This document shows positions 11,601-22,984 of a stretch of DNA of 64,000 nucleotides, piece by piece. The position numbers and the translations under genes are program-made. Each line of letters opens with the position of its first letter. Within the stretch, counting starts at the first letter, position 1. The stretch is from Botryllus schlosseri (lineage: Eukaryota). The stretch spans positions 17,670,001-17,734,000 of the forward strand of contig CM119386.1 of the NCBI GenBank assembly GCA_051294905.1, given 5' to 3'. The notes beneath the pieces were generated by a model, which searched no databases, was not told the origin of the DNA, and saw only the letters and a list, made by a program, of their open reading frames with translations.

Positions 11601-12721
11601 GTGTCGCCATCGTTAGTGAAACGCCGCAAAAATCATATGCATAACTTGACATGCGGCGCGACCATTATCCTCGCCAATAATGGCTACATTTGGATATTTT
11701 CTACACCACCATCGGAAGATAACGAGTCTGATAAAGGTATCTATCATATTTATTCTGAAAATATGTTCAGTCCAGTTGATGTTCAACATTTCACAAATTA
11801 GATTAGAACTAGATAACCTCCATTTCGCTCTAATAGTCCAATTAGAGAACTAGAATATTATTTAATTGTTGCATTCTGACCAGACGCGTATTCAAAATAT
11901 TTTGTATCATTCATTTATATATGTACTTTCATAGATGTAGTGTGTTGTGGGTTTATATTTATTTGAGTGTGCCACACTTTCAGGTCACGGTGGTTTCGTC
12001 GCTGATCTTGAACCTGTTTTATTGGAGGATAGGGAAGTTATTTGTCGACTGAGGAATTGTGTTCTGATGTTGGCGAGACATAATATTCAACTATACGACA
12101 CCAGCGTCATGTACACCTACGACGCATCGATGAGCTATCAGGTATTCACATCCCTAATATAGCATGCCGTATACGGCAGGGGCTACTCCAAGCACAAGTT
12201 CTGACCTTTTCAATGTTGACGTTAATTTGCAAAAACAAAGTGCCAAAAAATGCCAATTTCGCGGTAGCTGTAACTAACACAAAAATAAACTGAATATTAT
12301 ATTGAATTTGTGTACCTCCCAGAAGCCCTTACAGAACTTTGAATACATTTCGCATACCGTATCGCTTTGCTAACGTATTTTGTATGTAGTTATACCGTAT
12401 CACATTTGTATGTCTGTAAATTTTTTCATGCGAGTTATGATGGACTGTAGCAAATTTTAAACGTTTGTAACTGGACGTTTGCTAAAAAATAGTCGAGTAG
12501 CCCTGCTGTACGGCGTCCATTGAAATGTTTGTTGAAACATCTAACTCTTATCAAGGAAGCTCTCGCACGATTCAAGTTCAGGTCGTTAAACGGTATTTGA
12601 CATGGAGGATGTATTATGTTATAAAGATATCAAATTTCAGATTAAAGAACTCTTGAATCCCGAAGTTATGGCCGACGTTGTAACTGATGCAATCGGGAAA
12701 CTGGAAAGAGAAGAAACTTGA
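8651..12721 (+). CDS. EXOSC2: Exosome complex component RRP4 (6 coding exons, 298 aa)
   Basis: Exons 8651-8783, 8843-9003, 10286-10435, 11523-11736, 11984-12141 and 12641-12721 are all GT-AG with consistent phases (897 nt). The translation has RRP4 motifs HLVTPGD, MRGHGTY, RYNGEVGDIVVGRI, NLPGGELRRRS, GDLISAEVQ, SLHTRSLRYGKLGQG and NNGYIWI. Confidence 0.97.
9660..9910 (-). mobile_element. Hammerhead-motif repeat family copy (Penelope pLTR-like), inverted pair in RRP4 intron 2
   Basis: Related copies lie near 9137-9215, 19020-19155, 23010-23150, 24164-24707 (inverted pair), 26770-26875, 48530-48615, 57790-57915, 62160-62240 and 63620-63730. Most share the end ...GTACCTCCAAGAAGCTCTA. Confidence 0.7.
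9726..9759 (-). ncRNA. Putative minimal type I hammerhead ribozyme motif
   Basis: The minus strand reads ACCC-CUGACGA-GUGUCAGCC-GAA-AAUAUU-C-GGGU. It has the full catalytic core, a 4-bp stem I and a palindromic stem III, but only a 1-bp stem II. Confidence 0.45.
10813..11328. mobile_element. hAT MITE in RRP4 intron 3
   Basis: TIRs TAGGGCTGGGCA / TGCCCAGCCCTA and perfect 8-bp TSD TTTATATG. A sister copy is at 39992-40501 and a fragment near 57449. Confidence 0.9.
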
Positions 12722-13222
12722 AAAAGTTGCCCAGAATTGATATTTGTAATTCTGTTTCGATACAAGAATTTGCTCTGTTGATAGTTGTCAGCAATATTAT
12801 CTTCTGGTGATTCAAATGGTTGTCAAACATTTGAGCATCCGGCACAATGAAAAATGATAATTCAGCATGCAACATTGAAGCGTGTGATTTCATAACCGCA
12901 AAACTAACCCTAACTTCAAAAGTAGCCCTTAACCTAACCTTCACTTCAACCAGTATGCTCAATGTCACATGCTACTAAGTCCGTGGACCTTGTCAAATAT
13001 TGTACCCATCTGCTGAAGTCAGTTTTGATAGCACATGGTTTTTCAATTTTCATTACATTTGAAGTTGTACACAGTCTACCTTTCTGTTGTATTTGAGAAG
13101 ACGCTGAAATACATCCTTTTCACAATGCGCAAGGAATTTGTGTGATATGATTTTGGTAACTGTGCTACTTTGCTGCCTTGTATGAATGTGAAATTAAATG
13201 AATACTGGTATTGCTGTTTAAT

Positions 13223-15349
13223 CATAGTGTCCTATATGGTGTCGACACAAGCAAATCGCACGGTTCAATGAAATTGTATCACGTCACAGTTTCCATTTGG
13301 CTGCAGGCAATTTGACGGTGATTTTTGACCGGCTTGCCGAGCATTAAATTTGATGAATCGGGTATCAATCGAAAGCTGACTCTGCACTGAATACGAAAAT
13401 ATAAATTTTATTCCGCTCGCGGCCCTGGAACCCCCACAATCAGCCCCCAATTATTCATTGTCGAGTAGATTGGCAGTGTGACGCAACAATGCTGTCTGGC
13501 GAAACGAGAGACTAGCTCAAGAGCAAGGATGCGGCCGAGCGGCGAGAGTGGGATCAGCTGACGTCGCGGCAATAGCGATGTGCAACCGCGCCACAGAAAC
13601 CAGGGATATCTAAAACTAAAGTTTTAGATATCCCTGCACAGAAACGCCGCGCTGTTGATGCTATTTCTGTGCGTTTCGGTGCAAGCGAGCACACACACCA
13701 GCCTTTTCTTGACTTGTAAGGGTAGAACTGGGTCCACGGAATGTATCAGGGCCCTACCAATTTTCGCGCAATATCCTTCAGCTGATAGAGATATGTAGGC
13801 TACGTCTGAGTAGTCTACATTGGATATGTCAGATTATTATGATATCGATTGCCTTAGCCCGCTTGTTGCGTAGGGCTCCAGAGATGCGTGGCGCTGTTGA
13901 TACTTTTTCTATGCGCTTCGCTAAAAGCGAGCACAAACCAGCCTTTTCTTGACTTGTAATGGTAGAACTGGGTCGACAGAATTATTTGGTCCCTACCAAT
14001 TTTCGCGCAATCCTTCAGCTGTTAGAGATATTTCTAGTGAGAAAAATATACTTTCAAGTAATAAGATTCACTCAAGACAGCAAATTTAGATAATGTAAAT
14101 ATATCATATTGTAGTAATACAACTACAGTGTTGAGTTTTCACTCTAGTCCCCATAAGCACCACGTCGGTGACCTTGCCTAATTCCGAGAAGGCGAAAAAG
14201 TGCAAACTCTGTTGGGCCGAATGGACAATGGACATTCAGTTATTCACAGATGCGAAAAAATACTGCAAATCCGTTTTACGTAAGTTACATTAGGAATATA
14301 TATACAGGCTACAGAATGAATATAATTCAAATATCTGTGATACCACTGTATTACTTTTGACGCAAAAGGTCCCCGGCATTCAAAAAAACTATTTGGTGAT
14401 TGAAAAATGCTAAACCAAATTCCAACGTCAACGTTTATAGTGATATCAGATATATTCCAGTGAAAAAGAAAGGTATGAATTTGGTGGTAACATTTCGGAA
14501 TCATTTGGCAGGTATGGCCCGCAAGCTTTCTAGTAACGGATTGAATCCGGACAGCGATACCAGTTTAATTCGACACTCAACATTTTACCTGCTGCATTCG
14601 CGGACCAAGTCCTACCCATACGGATCAAATAAAAGCTTGTAATGTATGCTCATGCTCAATGCTCCTTGCTCACACTTAACCATAAAAGCGACTATGGAAA
14701 GTATCGACACCCGCCATCAACAGCGCGACGTGTCTCTGGAGCCCTACGCAACAAGCTGGCTAAGGCAATCGATATCATAATAATCTGACATATCCAATGT
14801 AGACTACTTAGACGTAGCCTACATATCTTTATCAGCTGAAGGATATTGCGCGAAAATTGGTAGGGCCTTAATACATTCTGTGGACCCAGTTCTACCCTTA
14901 CAAGTCAAGGAAAGGCTGGTGTGTGCTCGCTTGTACCGAAACGCATAGAAAAAGTATCAACAGCGCAGCGTTTCTCTGTGGCGCGTTTGCACATCGCTAT
15001 TGCCGCGACGTCAGCTGATCCCACTCTCGCCGCTCGGCCGCATCCTTGCTCTTGAGCTAGTCTCTCGTTTCGCCAGACAGCATTGTTGCGTCACACTGCC
15101 AATCTACTCGACAATGAATAATTGGGGGCTGATTGTGGGGGTTCCAGGGCCGCGAGCGGAATAAAATTTATATTTTCGTATTCAGTGCAGAGTCAGCTTT
15201 CGATTGATACCCGATTCATCAAATTTAATGCTCGGCAAGCCTGTCAAAAATCACCGTCAAATTGCCTGCAGCCAAATGGAAACTGTGACGTGATACAATT
15301 TCATTGAACCGTGCGATTTGCTTGTGTCGACACCATATAGGACACTATG
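13223..15349. mobile_element. Galileo-like (P superfamily) foldback element with ~630-680 bp TIRs
   Basis: Ends CATAGTGTCCTATATGG / CCATATAGGACACTATG with 7-bp TSD GTTTAAT. The arms ~13223-13900 and ~14715-15349 are near-identical. The mirror ORFs 13265-13450(-) and 15122-15307(+) differ by one residue. Confidence 0.85.
13601..13636. mobile_element. 36-bp hairpin mini-element
   Basis: CAGGGATATCTAAAAC-TAAA-GTTTTAGATATCCCTG with a 9-bp direct repeat CACAGAAAC on both sides. It is absent from the mirror arm of the host. Confidence 0.8.
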
Positions 15350-15819
15350 GTTTAATGATGGCAATTTCCAACGCACCAGTAACCCTGAACCCGTTGTGAT
15401 GTTATAAAGGCTCCGTTAGCGTGGTGCTATGAATGATATGCTTGATTGAGCTCGGTGACTGGTTCGTGGATCGTGGGCCTACATTTGGACTGCTGAGGAG
15501 GGAATACACTTCGAATTCGACATGTAATGGTACCTGGCTTGCTGGATAGCAGCAGTCCTACAACTAGAAGCGCGGCGATAATGCTATAGTCGGCGTCAAC
15601 TTGTTTTGAAGAGTGTCTCAGCCCATGACAGATGTCTCTTAACCTACGTATGTTTACCACCACTGGATGAATTACATTTCGCGTTATTGGGGTATGTTAG
15701 GGACGAGACCGGCAGAGGTTATATGAATTCAGCAAATATCACGTTAGTACCGATAGTGAGAGTCATTGGAAGTGTGCTACTGGGACCCGCAAAGAAAACC
15801 TCTTGTTGGCAGAATTGGA

Positions 15820-16130
15820 CTGGATAATTCTAGTCTAATTGGAGCAAAATACCGGCATTCTAATCTAATTTATGAAATCTTTATTTGCTCTCATTTAATC
15901 GAATTTTTGGTTTTCCTGAAAATGTTACAGGAGAACTACGTGTATAGTGCGAAACGTGCTAATCTTGGTGTTGTACAGACATTTGTTGTTATCGTGCTTA
16001 TGAGAATGAACTCGGTTTTGATAAGAGCTGAACTGGACTTTTGTTGTATTTCTTTCAAGTGAGGAATTTAATTCGACTTCGATTTCAGTAATTATAATCA
16101 TCATCATGTTATTAAAAGTTGTATGAAATC
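15820..16130 (+). repeat. Unclassified dispersed repeat (TAATCTAATT / ATAGTGCGAAACGAGCCAAGCTC family)
   Basis: Related segments near 23560-23790, 37020-37190, 41260-41570, 49030-49430, 56960-57340, 58420-58560, 60590-60940 and 61420-61570. Boundaries are approximate. Confidence 0.65.
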
Positions 16131-19100
16131 AATACACCACAAGATTGCGAAATAATAAAACGATAGGAGGGTGGTCTTTTAATCTAATCGAAAAAAGAAC
16201 GGTGTAACTCCTAATTTGGAAAAGCCGAAAATTTTCTGGTTGTCCGTCCAGTTGCTCACTAGCTGGTATCATTCGTGAGTCATTGATACTGTATCCGATA
16301 TACGAGTTGGTCTGGTCAAGCTGTGCACACGACGCTAAAGGACCTACGATTTTCCTCTCAGCTTTGCAGGATTCGGAATCCAACTCCGACCAATTTGCCG
16401 ATCATGATGGCCCCAACAAGCCAGCACGCGAACGGCGTCGATCGAGATCAACTGCTGTAGACGTGCTTTGCTCGTGCTATCGTGTTACGTTCCCGAGACA
16501 GGTCTGGCTGTTATAAAAGATTTGAGAAATCCTGTTACTACGATTCGGTAATAAATCGAGCGTGCCAGATGTATTCGCTGCGCCATCTGCTCGATGACTG
16601 TTGGATTCGTTCCGTGAGAGACACTTTTATAATATAGCGCCAAACGATTTGAAGTGAGCTCGGCTGCGTTTGCCTAATAGCGACCAGGAAGTGTGCTATC
16701 CCGCAGCTCGATGGTAGAATGCGGTGTGGCGATACGAACTATAGACTTGCTTTCAGTGTAATATAGCAGGAGGATGTTTGACGCAACAACGCTATGCATG
16801 TGATTGCGTTCATGTTACGTCCGTCGGTCAGCGAGTGGGTCCATATTGCAACAATAACCGTACAAATAGATCATGCACTGCGCGTAAAATGGCATTTTAC
16901 GCAGGGTAATTTAGCCAGCATCGAAATCGCCATGGGCTGCGAATGTGCGAGTAATTGGATAGGACAGCGATCGCTCGCAAATTACGAAGGTCCGTTACTA
17001 GTTTCAGGTAGGGAATGGTACCGATGGAGGAGAAAGTGTAATGGTTGTCGCCCGTAACATATACGCTTTTTCATTTTTAATAGTTTCGAAAACATCGCGA
17101 TATTGCGATGCTGTGGAAAGACAGGAGAGGGAAGTGTCAACTCATCGAGTTCAAGGTCTGTGTGGTAGATCTAGTCTATACGCACTAGGCAGTGATCAAT
17201 GGTAAATGGTCATTGGTCAGTCCGTCACAAAACAGTGGTTTAACAAGTTGGCCGTGGGAGAGTGACTTGAGAAGGTTATAAATATCATATTCGTATAGTT
17301 GATACAGAATATTCATGGCATCGATAGCCGCTGATTAAAACCGTGTAGTTTATAATGGAATACCATGGATAGCTCTCGTGCTCCTCGCTTTTTTTGGAAT
17401 GACCCTCGTATATCATGCAGGACTTTCCCGAAACGCCCGATCGCTGGCAAATAGATGGACCAACAACAACCAGCATCGCAATAAAACGTTGTCACTATCA
17501 AATTGTATGTCTTTTAAACGGAAATAGTTGAAAGTTCTTTACAGGCCGGGTCATGGTTAGTAAGGCTACGCTGGAAAAGTAATCATCCTAACTGGCAGTA
17601 TCTCCGATTCAAAACTGTAAATATTTGAGTGCTTAGTTTGGTACACAAATATCTATTTTAAAAGTGGTTATGTTTGGCAGCATCTGGTTATAAAGGTTAT
17701 CTACACATACGGAGGAATCAGTAGCGAATGCCTGCATTTATAGAGTTACAACTATCTTGAACATTTCGCGCTATGCAAAGCGCGCAACTGTAATCAAGGT
17801 GTTCTTTCAATCGCTTGATGGTTAACAAATCGATACCATGGCGTGAGTGGTTGAAATTAGAGAACAGCACTTTACAGAAGAGTGGCCAATTAGAGCTTGA
17901 ACTTGATTGGTATGTTAATTAGCGCCGTTGCATAAGCACATATCATAGCGATCTAAAAACTCCGTACCGCGTCACTGTTGACATTTCATTCCTGTTCCGA
18001 TGGAATCCTTGTCAAAGTTAAGCTTATTCTGCTGTTCAACCAGATGTGTGTGTACGATGATGTAGTGTCGCGCAGGATTATCCATTCGTTTACCGATATT
18101 GGTTCCATCTATTATAAAGCGAGGTCGTTGCCATGCTGAGAATTAGATTTTTCGCCCCCAATTTCTACTACAGTCAACGAAGCGTAATAAAGAAGTCTTA
18201 TATCAACTTTTATGTCCAGTTCCGGTTATTAAGAAATACATGAGATCATCATCGTCATTTTATTAAATTTTTTACCAAATCAATACACCACAAAATTGCG
18301 AAATAATGAAAAGATATGAAGGGGTCGAGACGATTTGGTGGAGCCAATTAGCAAATTCCCGCATTGTCCTAAAATTATTAGTATAAGGAAGGAACGTGTT
18401 AAAAGAGGCATTTACATTGTACATTCAATGAGAAGTAATTTACACAATTATGAAAAAGTGTACAGTGCAGGCGCTCAAGAGGTATGATGCATAATATTGT
18501 GCGAGCGAAGTCAATTTGTGGCAAAATCGATCTCAATGCTCACGCCATAGTATTTGCTATTTATCCGCAGTGGCAGATCCTTGTATTTAGACTTAAACAT
18601 GGTGACTGGTCAATGGTCAATTTGGAAATATACTCGTGAACGCTCTGATGTCCTGCGAAATTCAGACATTGCGTACTCTACCTTGATTTAAAATTTTGTT
18701 TTACTACGATTCGCCGCGCCCAATTAGCGGTGATTCGACGACAAGGACGCACTATATTTATACTCAAATCGCCCGCTATATAATACATTGGCCTAATCCT
18801 AATAGTTTTCAAATTCAATTCTGGGCAAGAGCGTACCACTTTCGTTCGTTGATTTATTCACTATAATTATTCTGAACACATGCGACTCAATGAAAAGATA
18901 AGAAGTTTTACAATTGAAAAGTATATTCACATTGAAACGAACCCGAGTATTTTTCAACTGACACTTCCATTTGTGTGCCTTTGCAGTCAATTTTTATCAG
19001 AATACGCCAACCCTACAGTTTCTGCCAATCTCTCCGATTCTCCACCAGTTGCTGACGATTACCTGTAACTAGTGTCAGCCGAAAATATTCGGGTTTACTT

Positions 19101-20423
19101 CAATATGAATGTACTTTTCAACTGTATATTGAAGTTATGTACCCCCAAGAAACTTTTCGGATAGGAAGATGTCGGAACGATTTAGCTTAGTCTTTCAATC
19201 TGAGGCGTGTATATTTGTACATCAAGTGGAAAGTACTGGAAGATGGAGTGGTAGGACAGGCGATGGAAATGAATATGGCATGTGTCGGTAGGCGAAATCG
19301 ATATGTCAGACCGAGGTCCGGTAATCGTGAAGTCTGCTACATTGATTGCAATATTGTACTATCCATTTTAAAGTACGTAATAAATATACACAATAGTTAA
19401 AAATCCCTAACTTCGCTACGGTAAATTCGCGTTCACAGTCTTAACAACGGATATCGACTACAAGCTGTAAAAATAGTTCAGGCGGCAAATTTACCTCACT
19501 CAGTGCGTCAGCGATTCGACACGTCTAGACAAATTTTGAGTTTCACTGCTTTGGATTGAAAAAATCACCTGGTGTATGATCGCCACTACTGATCTGCTAC
19601 TTTTGTGTCGACAAATCGTGTATCATCGCACGAGTCGATCGATAAAGATCGGGAGCCATTCTCAACTTTTTCGAAGCGCGATTACGGTGAAATGACATCA
19701 TCACAACATTGGAATTTCCGCTACGAAACCCGACGCAGTTCGCGAGCGATGTGTACTTAGCGTTTTCGTTGAGAACGCGCAGCAACAATCGGCTCCCCAT
19801 TTCGTGTACTTTGAGAGGCGGAGATTGTTGGGCAATCAATATATTATATATACTCTCTACACGGCAGCAGTTGGCAGTACATCAACATATGCGAACTAGC
19901 GATTCGCCAGAGCGATGTGATGTTGCGAGCGTTTCGTATTCAATCCTCAATGCCGTTCTCCAGTAATCTAGTTCTGCAAGAGCTAGGATGTGTAATATGT
20001 GATCAGTACGCGTGTAGAACAGGTGTACGTAGGTAAGTTACCAGATTGGACAAATATTAGATACAGCACGCAATATATCACGACTATATAAAATTTGGAC
20101 TTTGTTATTGGAGACTACAGCCAGACCGATAATATCGAGTCTATATCGCGCTTTTAAAAGATATCGATATAGGTCGTACAGGTTAAAATATCGGCAATTT
20201 TCGTGACGTCAAAACATGACAGTAGGGGAATCTGAGAACTATCATCTGCGACTGTCAGACTGGGTATATTGATCTATTTCTTATGGCTTACAGGAAGAGG
20301 CTGTAAAAGTAGTCATAGTTGATACTCAATTAGAAATAGCGGCGTACATTTCTACTCACGTGCCCTATAAGTATTAGTAGCGATTTCCAAGTAAGTGAAA
20401 GTTGAGTATTCTAGGCCTATAGT

Positions 20424-21816
20424 CAGGGTTGCCATACCGTCCTTATTTCTAAGATTTGTCCTTATTTTGAAGGGCCACGTCTTAGAAAACTCAACTGTCC
20501 TTATTTTTAAGAAATGTCCTTATTTTCGACTTGCGTCCTTATTTTGTCTTATTTTCAACCACTACAGAACTTCGATTGTTTTCCTCTGGTATCTGTGTTG
20601 CACAATATTCTAAAATTATGCTTTTGCGTCGAGATTTCATGACATCATAAATGAAAGAAACTCTCGTGACGTACACACCGCAAGATTTGACTTCTAAGTT
20701 GTGAGATAGTTAGGGCAGTGAGTGGTGGTATAACAGTTTCGTCTGTACCAAGCTACCGCAACGGACGACATTTTAGCAGTAAACACCAGTACCAGGTTCC
20801 TGCTGTTTGGTCTACAGCAGGATAAGCTCGAGCTATGGGGAAGGCAGCATTTATTGCGTAGTGAAAAAGGCGCAGTGCAGTCGACACATTGGTTAAACAG
20901 TAGTAAAGCTGTGAATCTTTGATAAATTTATCTAAATTATATTGCACTTGCGCATATAGTTTTACCTCCTAATAAGGCTAAATCTTAGTTGAAATGAGCA
21001 GGCGTAAAAACGTTTTTCGTGACGATTATGATAGAGAATTCCAAGGTAGCCTATCTAATGAAGGTTGAAGGGCAAGTCTTTCGCACATTGCAATATCTGC
21101 AATTGTGACATTAACCGGGAGGCCATAGGAAAGATCGGCATTTCAACTCACGTTGATACCCCAAACACAAGAAGCGTGTCATAATAATTAATTTGATCCA
21201 GTCGATGAATAATTTTTCCACAAGTCGATCAGCACCTACGACCACAGACTACAAGACAGCTGCTGCAGATGGTACCTGGGCATTCCATACTGGCAAGCAC
21301 CAGCAATCATTCCTCGCCAACGATTGCACATCGCAATTGTTCAAAGCAATATTCCCAGATTCCAACATCGCAAATAACTTTTTTTTTCGGCCAGGACCAA
21401 GACTATAATCATTGCTACTGGAGTTAGTTCTTGCTCCATACGCTCAAAAAATGATTTTGTCTAAACTCGGTGGACGGCCTTTTCCATCTTGGTTGACGCC
21501 TCTAATCACAACGAGGTGAAGAAATGTGGTTTATCACCCTATGGGGGACCCAAGACTAACGTTTTTTTGCTGTTGGGGGGGGAGGGGGGCTGACGAAGTG
21601 CTGTTTCGGCCCTGAGCAAAGGTAAACCAAGACCTGCGCTGTCGTGATAACCATGAAGCACTTCCTAATAACAAGGAGTTGCTGAAACAGATTGCTTCTG
21701 GCGAAAAGTATGGACTGTGCTATTCCCCGGCTTGTATAAATGCAAAGTATGTACAAAAGCGCTAATCTAATTTTTCGACTGTCCTTATTTTTGGGTCCAT
21801 GTCGATGGCAACCCTG
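20424..21816 (+). mobile_element. hAT deletion derivative with transposase remnant
   Basis: TIRs CAGGGTTGCCAT / ATGGCAACCCTG and perfect 8-bp TSD CCTATAGT. Confidence 0.9.
20994..21530 (+). pseudogene. Frameshifted 5' part of a hAT transposase
   Basis: Fragments HCNICNCD...STH..TPKHKK (BED-like zinc finger), AADGTWAFHTGKHQQSFLANDCTSQLFKAIFPDS, RTKT, APY and LVDASNH, interrupted by frameshifts. Confidence 0.75.
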
Positions 21817-22034
21817 CCTATAGTTTTGCCTGAAAATCTGAAAGCTATTACGTTGGAATAGAAGTATGGCCTAAAATCGTGAAGGCTTACGTAAGTAGTG
21901 TAAGGAGGCAAACCTACTTTAGTACTATAAGTACTTCGTTACTGACCACCTCTACTTACAAGTCTCCAAATGCAGCATTTCTATTTCATTTCATGTCCAA
22001 GCGTAACAATGACTGCATAGAGCTTTAAAAAAAA

Positions 22035-22510
22035 AACTTTTTCGTCAGATTTCACTGGCTATGTGATAAAATTGTTAGGTTGGTGAAAACAATGCTGCAC
22101 ACCAACTTTGCCTCAATTCCAACCAGCAGTAGAAGCAATTTTCTTGCAGTACAAAGTTTTGAATTTATCATTAAAAATAAAATAAAATAAAAATTTCAAA
22201 ATTTTTCTGTCAACCGCATAAAATTGTTAGGCTGTCAGTAGAGATGATGCATACCAAATTTGGCTCAATTCCAACCACTAGAATCGAAGTTATTGCAGGA
22301 GAAAAAATTCCAAGTCCATGATTTTATAATAAATAAATTAAAGAATTAGCCACCGTAAATACTATTTTATTCCAATCCAAATTTTTATACTGCAATAACT
22401 TCGCTTCTAGTGGTTGGAATTGAGCCAGACTTGGTGTAGCCTACATCATCTCTACTGACAGCCTAACAATTTCATGTGGTTGACAGAAAAACTTTGAAAT
22501 TTCGTTTTTC
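22035..22510. repeat. Palindromic MITE-like repeat, related copy ~30540-30900
   Basis: Shared AAAATTGTTAGG...CTCAATTCCAACC units occur as direct and inverted copies. No TSD was resolved. Confidence 0.55.
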
Positions 22511-22757
22511 AACTTTTTAATGGCTGAATATATCGGGGTTAGTTATCGGTTTTATCGGTATCGAGTCAAAAATCCGATGTCGGCCGAGCTCTGGCATTGA
22601 TAGATAAACTAATCAACTAATTTACGTTCAATTATGACAAATTGACAATCACCATTCAATATCATGATGACACTCGTGGGTCTGATCGAATCTCCGTTCT
22701 TAGAAATCTGTACTAATACGGATCCTTGCCTACTAATTGCAACTGGGTTCGACTTCC

Positions 22758-22984
22758 ATGACGAAGTTGGAGCATATCGAAAACGAGTCGAGAATGCTCG
22801 ACCCCGCGTCCAGCGGCGAGGATTTTCTGGACGTCGGAAAAAACGAATTCATGATCATTCCAGAAGTGACGACGGTCTCTCAAGAACTGGTAGAGAGCCA
22901 GGGATATTTTGGAGTTTATCTAGCGGGAGTGATTCTCGTCGCGCTTTTTGTGTCTATTCCGCTGGGACTGTTCATCTTTCGGAA
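22758..22984 (+). CDS. Candidate first coding exon of an unknown single-pass membrane protein
   Basis: ATG, acidic N-terminus, hydrophobic YFGVYLAGVILVALFVSIPLGLFIF, then RK and a GTGAGT donor. No downstream exon was identified. Confidence 0.4.

Noticed and set aside
13265-15307. Duplicated 61-aa gene (MGADCGGSRAASG...)
   Set aside because: These are mirror ORFs in the two TIR arms, with TTG starts and no coding evidence.
15427-15663. Minus-strand ORF with a hydrophobic stretch
   Set aside because: No homology was recognised and no upstream exons could be linked.
16882-16902. Small palindromes (here and at 61195-61220)
   Set aside because: They have 10-bp stems, no TSD and no second copy, so chance or a footprint cannot be excluded.
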